Below, one piece after another: positions 61,557 through 64,000 of a stretch of 64,000 nt of DNA. Made by a program: the position numbers and the translations under genes. The first letter of the stretch is position 1. Every line of letters begins with the position of its first letter. The notes beneath the pieces were generated by a model, which was not told the DNA's origin, did not search any database, and saw nothing but the letters and a program-made list of their open reading frames with translations. The stretch is from positions 29,556-93,555 of the forward strand of contig CAYRQJ010000002.1 of NCBI GenBank assembly GCA_964426555.1, in the 5' to 3' direction. This DNA is from an uncultured Candidatus Saccharibacteria bacterium (GTDB lineage: Bacteria; Patescibacteriota; Minisyncoccia; Phycocordibacterales; UBA9973).

Positions 61557-61586
61557 ATTATAGCAAAATTATGTCTTTAAAGCAAA
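61557..61586 (-). promoter_or_regulatory. Putative sigma70 promoter (TTGCTT-N17-TATAAT) driving tRNA-Ile and the atp operon
   Basis: Read on the minus strand: -35 at plus 61580-61585, -10 at plus 61557-61562. About 40 nt upstream of the tRNA 5' end. Confidence 0.4.
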
Positions 61587-61594
61587 TAAAAAGG

Positions 61595-61858
61595 TCAGTC
61601 CACTTTGGGTGGAACTGACCATGTTTTTGTCATAAAGATAATGTTTAGCAATAATGGCATAAACATTAACCCCATGTTTTGAGGAGTAAAACCGAGATTA
61701 AACAAATCAAACTTCATCTCATAAGACATAACGTTGATTTGGAAGAACCAGACTACAATGGCTACCAAAATATTTTTATACAACTTACTATAATGTTCAG
61801 CTTTATGCATAAAACTAAGTGGTGCTATAAGCAAAATTAAGTAAACAAATACTTTCAT
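61595..61858 (-). CDS. Hypothetical small membrane protein
   Basis: 87-aa hydrophobic ORF. Its 3' end overlaps a hairpin (ggtcagtccac/gtggaactgacc), so it is uncertain. Confidence 0.25.
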   Translation of the reverse strand: MKVFVYLILLIAPLSFMHKAEHYSKLYKNILVAIVVWFFQINVMSYEMKFDLFNLGFTPQNMGLMFMPLLLNIIFMTKTWSVPPKVD

Positions 61859-61870
61859 ATAATATATGAT

Positions 61871-62713
61871 TTACCAGTTTTTACCTTTTTTAGGAGCAGT
61901 CTGAATCAGTGAAAACCTAAGAAAACCATAAACTGCATGAAAATGGTAGTTTTCAAACGATACAGTTGTACCCAATATTAATCTTTCGTCTAATATTTTT
62001 TTATGCCTGAGACCTAAATCTATTTCTAGTAGACTGGTTTTACCTCGAGATAAAAAATATGTTTCGGTAGATAAGATAGAATTTTTATACCTCAATGGTT
62101 GAGTCTGTATAAATATTGAGTGCTGTATACCATTTCTTTGAGTTGAAGTATCACTTTCCCCTTTGTGATAAAAATGATACCCAGTAGAATAACGAAATAT
62201 ATGGAACACTTTATGAAATTTCTTCATATCACTAAGATACAAAGTAGTTCCTAAGAATTCCGAACGGCGATATGGATTATGACCAAGTCGATCATTGTCT
62301 ATACCAAACGACAAATCTATTGGAAACTTAAAGATTGTTAAATCTATAGCTCCCGTAGAGAAATGCCCAACTTTTTCGTCAACGTGTTTTTTATTCACAC
62401 GAAATGATGATAAGAATAAACGTCCAGAAAATACTTCGTTGATTGGAAACTGGCATTGCATAAAAAACGCAAAATCCATTGCATTATTAATACCGATTTC
62501 CAAATTTTCAATACGAACAAATGAATCAACTTGTTCGCAGTCCATACCAATTAATCTTTTCTTCTCGCAACTCGTATGAGCAGTGTCATGAGTTGTAATT
62601 ATTTTGATACTGTCTTCGTCGGCATTGTCAGTATTTAGCATACTTTGTGCCAAAATTTCTTTTGGTAAAATCAGGATAATAATCCCGAACGTGATTTTGT
62701 ATATTTTTTTCAT
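61871..62713 (-). CDS. Hypothetical secreted beta-rich protein (signal peptide)
   Basis: MKKIYKITFGIIILILPKEILAQ looks like a signal peptide. Alternating hydrophobic pattern. Confidence 0.4.
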   Translation of the reverse strand: MKKIYKITFGIIILILPKEILAQSMLNTDNADEDSIKIITTHDTAHTSCEKKRLIGMDCEQVDSFVRIENLEIGINNAMDFAFFMQCQFPINEVFSGRLFLSSFRVNKKHVDEKVGHFSTGAIDLTIFKFPIDLSFGIDNDRLGHNPYRRSEFLGTTLYLSDMKKFHKVFHIFRYSTGYHFYHKGESDTSTQRNGIQHSIFIQTQPLRYKNSILSTETYFLSRGKTSLLEIDLGLRHKKILDERLILGTTVSFENYHFHAVYGFLRFSLIQTAPKKGKNW

Positions 62714-62809
62714 AGCTTTAGTTTTTTATATTTTGAATTTTGTGAATTATATCACAAAAAAGACCACAAATCAAGTAGTTATGTCAAGTATTTGTGGATA
62801 AACTATGTT

Positions 62810-63751
62810 TTATTCTTCGTCTCCAGCGTCGCCGATTATTCCATTTTGAAAAGCTTCTATAATAGGATCTATTTCCCCCATCATTAATTTAGGTAAATTA
62901 TGCCAAGACATTTTTATGCGGTGGTCAGTCAGTCTATCTTGTGGAAAATTATATGTACGAATCTTTTCACTTCTATCTGCTGTACCAATTTGACTTGCTC
63001 TATCCCCTGCATATTTTGCAGCTTCTTCTTCGTCTTTTTGCATTTGTAGTTTCGCCATTAGCATCTTCATTGCAGTTTCGCGGTTGCCCAGCTGAGTTCT
63101 CTCCATTGTACAGCGTACAGCCATCCCAGACGGCTTGTGGATTAATCTTACGGCAGTTTCTACTTTGTTAACGTTTTGACCACCAGCACCACCAGCACGA
63201 GATGTTTCCATTTCAATATCTGCTGGGTTTATAACAATATTAGTTTTTTTATAAATCGGTAAAACTGCAACTGATGCAGTAGATGTATGGATACGTCCAT
63301 TTTTTTCTGTAAGTGGAATTCGTTGTACGCGGTGTACTCCGGTTTCGTAGCGCATTAGTTTGTATACATCAGTACCACGTAATTGAAAAGTTTCATCATC
63401 AAGTAATTTTACTTGCCAACCTTTTTTACTGGCATATCTTTGATACATGTCCCCCAATTCACGAGCAAAAATTGTAGCTTCGTCTCCACCAGCACCTGCA
63501 CGCAATTCCACTACTACTTCATTTGGAAATTCTTCCTCGGCAGCTTCGGCTTTTTCTATCTCAGTTACTTGATCTTCGATACCTTTAATTTGCATATCAA
63601 TAATTGATAGTTCTTCCACTGCCATGTCTGCCATTTCAGGATTATCATTTATCATTTTTTCTACATCGCCACGCTCGTTCAAAAGCTTCTCGTACTGACG
63701 TGCAAGAAATTCGGTTTTGTAATTCTCTTTTAGTTTTTCAATATCTAACAT
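62810..63751 (-). CDS. prfA: Peptide chain release factor 1 (class I RF with GGQ and PxT-type PLT motif)
   Basis: [14 protein letters not shown] (RF1-type tripeptide region; RF2 would have SPF) and [21 protein letters not shown]. Start set at MLDIEKL, downstream of the GC hairpin. Confidence 0.8.
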   Translation of the reverse strand: MLDIEKLKENYKTEFLARQYEKLLNERGDVEKMINDNPEMADMAVEELSIIDMQIKGIEDQVTEIEKAEAAEEEFPNEVVVELRAGAGGDEATIFARELGDMYQRYASKKGWQVKLLDDETFQLRGTDVYKLMRYETGVHRVQRIPLTEKNGRIHTSTASVAVLPIYKKTNIVINPADIEMETSRAGGAGGQNVNKVETAVRLIHKPSGMAVRCTMERTQLGNRETAMKMLMAKLQMQKDEEEAAKYAGDRASQIGTADRSEKIRTYNFPQDRLTDHRIKMSWHNLPKLMMGEIDPIIEAFQNGIIGDAGDEE

Positions 63752-63773
63752 GGTTATATTATAACAAATAAAC

Positions 63774-63829
63774 ACCCCCTCTGTCCTTTGGACATCTACC
63801 CCTTGGTAGGGGGAGAAAAAGAGGGGGTG
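63774..63829 (-). terminator. GC-rich nested hairpin followed (on minus strand) by a T-tract; terminator of rpmE
   Basis: caccccctct...cccct-tggt-agggg...agagggggtg. 10-bp outer stem, inner 5-bp stem. Confidence 0.55.
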
Positions 63830-63841
63830 CAATTTTTTTAG

Positions 63842-64000
63842 TTATGCCTTTTTCTTTGTAGAAAGTGAAGCGCGTTTCTTGAATTTATCAACACGTCCAG
63901 CAGTATCCAATACTCTTTCTTGTCCAGTATAAAATGGATGTGAGTCTGAAGAAATTTCAACAAAATATGCTGGGTATTCTTGGTTGTCTCCTGCATATTT
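63842..64000 (-). CDS. rpmE: 50S ribosomal protein L31, N-terminus beyond window
   Basis: Minus-strand translation ...[51 protein letters not shown]-stop matches the L31 C-terminus (HPFYTG..GRVDKF). Stop at 63842-63844. Confidence 0.8.
   Translation of the reverse strand, partial: KYAGDNQEYPAYFVEISSDSHPFYTGQERVLDTAGRVDKFKKRASLSTKKKA

Noticed and set aside
61871-62713. Outer-membrane beta-barrel call for the secreted beta-rich protein
   Set aside because: There is a signal peptide and an alternating hydrophobic pattern. However, there is no terminal aromatic motif (the protein ends ...KGKNW) and the cell-envelope type of this organism is unknown. Left as a hypothetical secreted protein.
63752-63832. 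N-terminal extension of prfA ([20 protein letters not shown]...)
   Set aside because: These residues come from translating the GC-rich terminator hairpin. The RF1 alignment starts at MLDIEKL.

Overview
The window is AT-rich (roughly one-third GC), densely packed, mostly core-function DNA from a small-genome bacterium. Ribosome-binding sites resembling Shine-Dalgarno are almost absent, several enzymes are compacted or degenerate (a PriA without Walker motifs, an AlaRS without the C-Ala domain, a short DnaJ), a soluble VirD4-like ATPase pair is present, and the standard genetic code fits with no UGA-interrupted genes. All this is compatible with a CPR/Patescibacteria-like organism, but that placement is inference.

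Recognisable genes:
- Cell division and shape: partial ftsZ, ftsA, mreB, mltG, ctpA, rseP, murG.
- Translation and RNA: ybeY, rpsU, frr, rplU, rpmA, rplI, rpmE (partial), prfA, typA, alaS, cysS, gltX, mnmA, rsmI, trhO, an RlmI-like and a TrmH-like methyltransferase, and a tRNA-Ile(GAT).
- Chaperones: dnaK and a short dnaJ.
- Energy: a complete F1Fo ATP synthase operon, atpZ-like then atpB-E-F-H-A-G-D-C.
- Transport and regulation: asnB, an ABC exporter, a CorA-family transporter, a PaaX-like regulator.

Three things stand out.
1. A same-strand module at 31.8-40.3 kb. Two paralogous soluble VirD4/TraG-type P-loop ATPases bracket murG. Two tandem, highly cysteine-rich paralogs follow, each carrying a zinc-ribbon motif at both ends. 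A duplication scar lies between the two Cys-rich genes. The first ATPase ends in a zinc ribbon and a long low-complexity tail. The module sits between rplU and rpmA, which are normally adjacent.
2. A three-copy structured leader cassette. Each copy is an inverted-repeat hairpin around an AT-rich core and encodes a conserved 20-23 codon upstream ORF. The upstream ORF stops exactly 4 nt before the start codon of mreB, rplI or rsmI. One stem position shows a compensatory base-pair change between copies.
3. A small accessory islet at 29.5-31.4 kb with a lincosamide/aminoglycoside-nucleotidyltransferase-like gene.

Smaller observations are listed under findings. All functional calls rest on recognisable motifs in the translated ORFs. 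No database search could be run.
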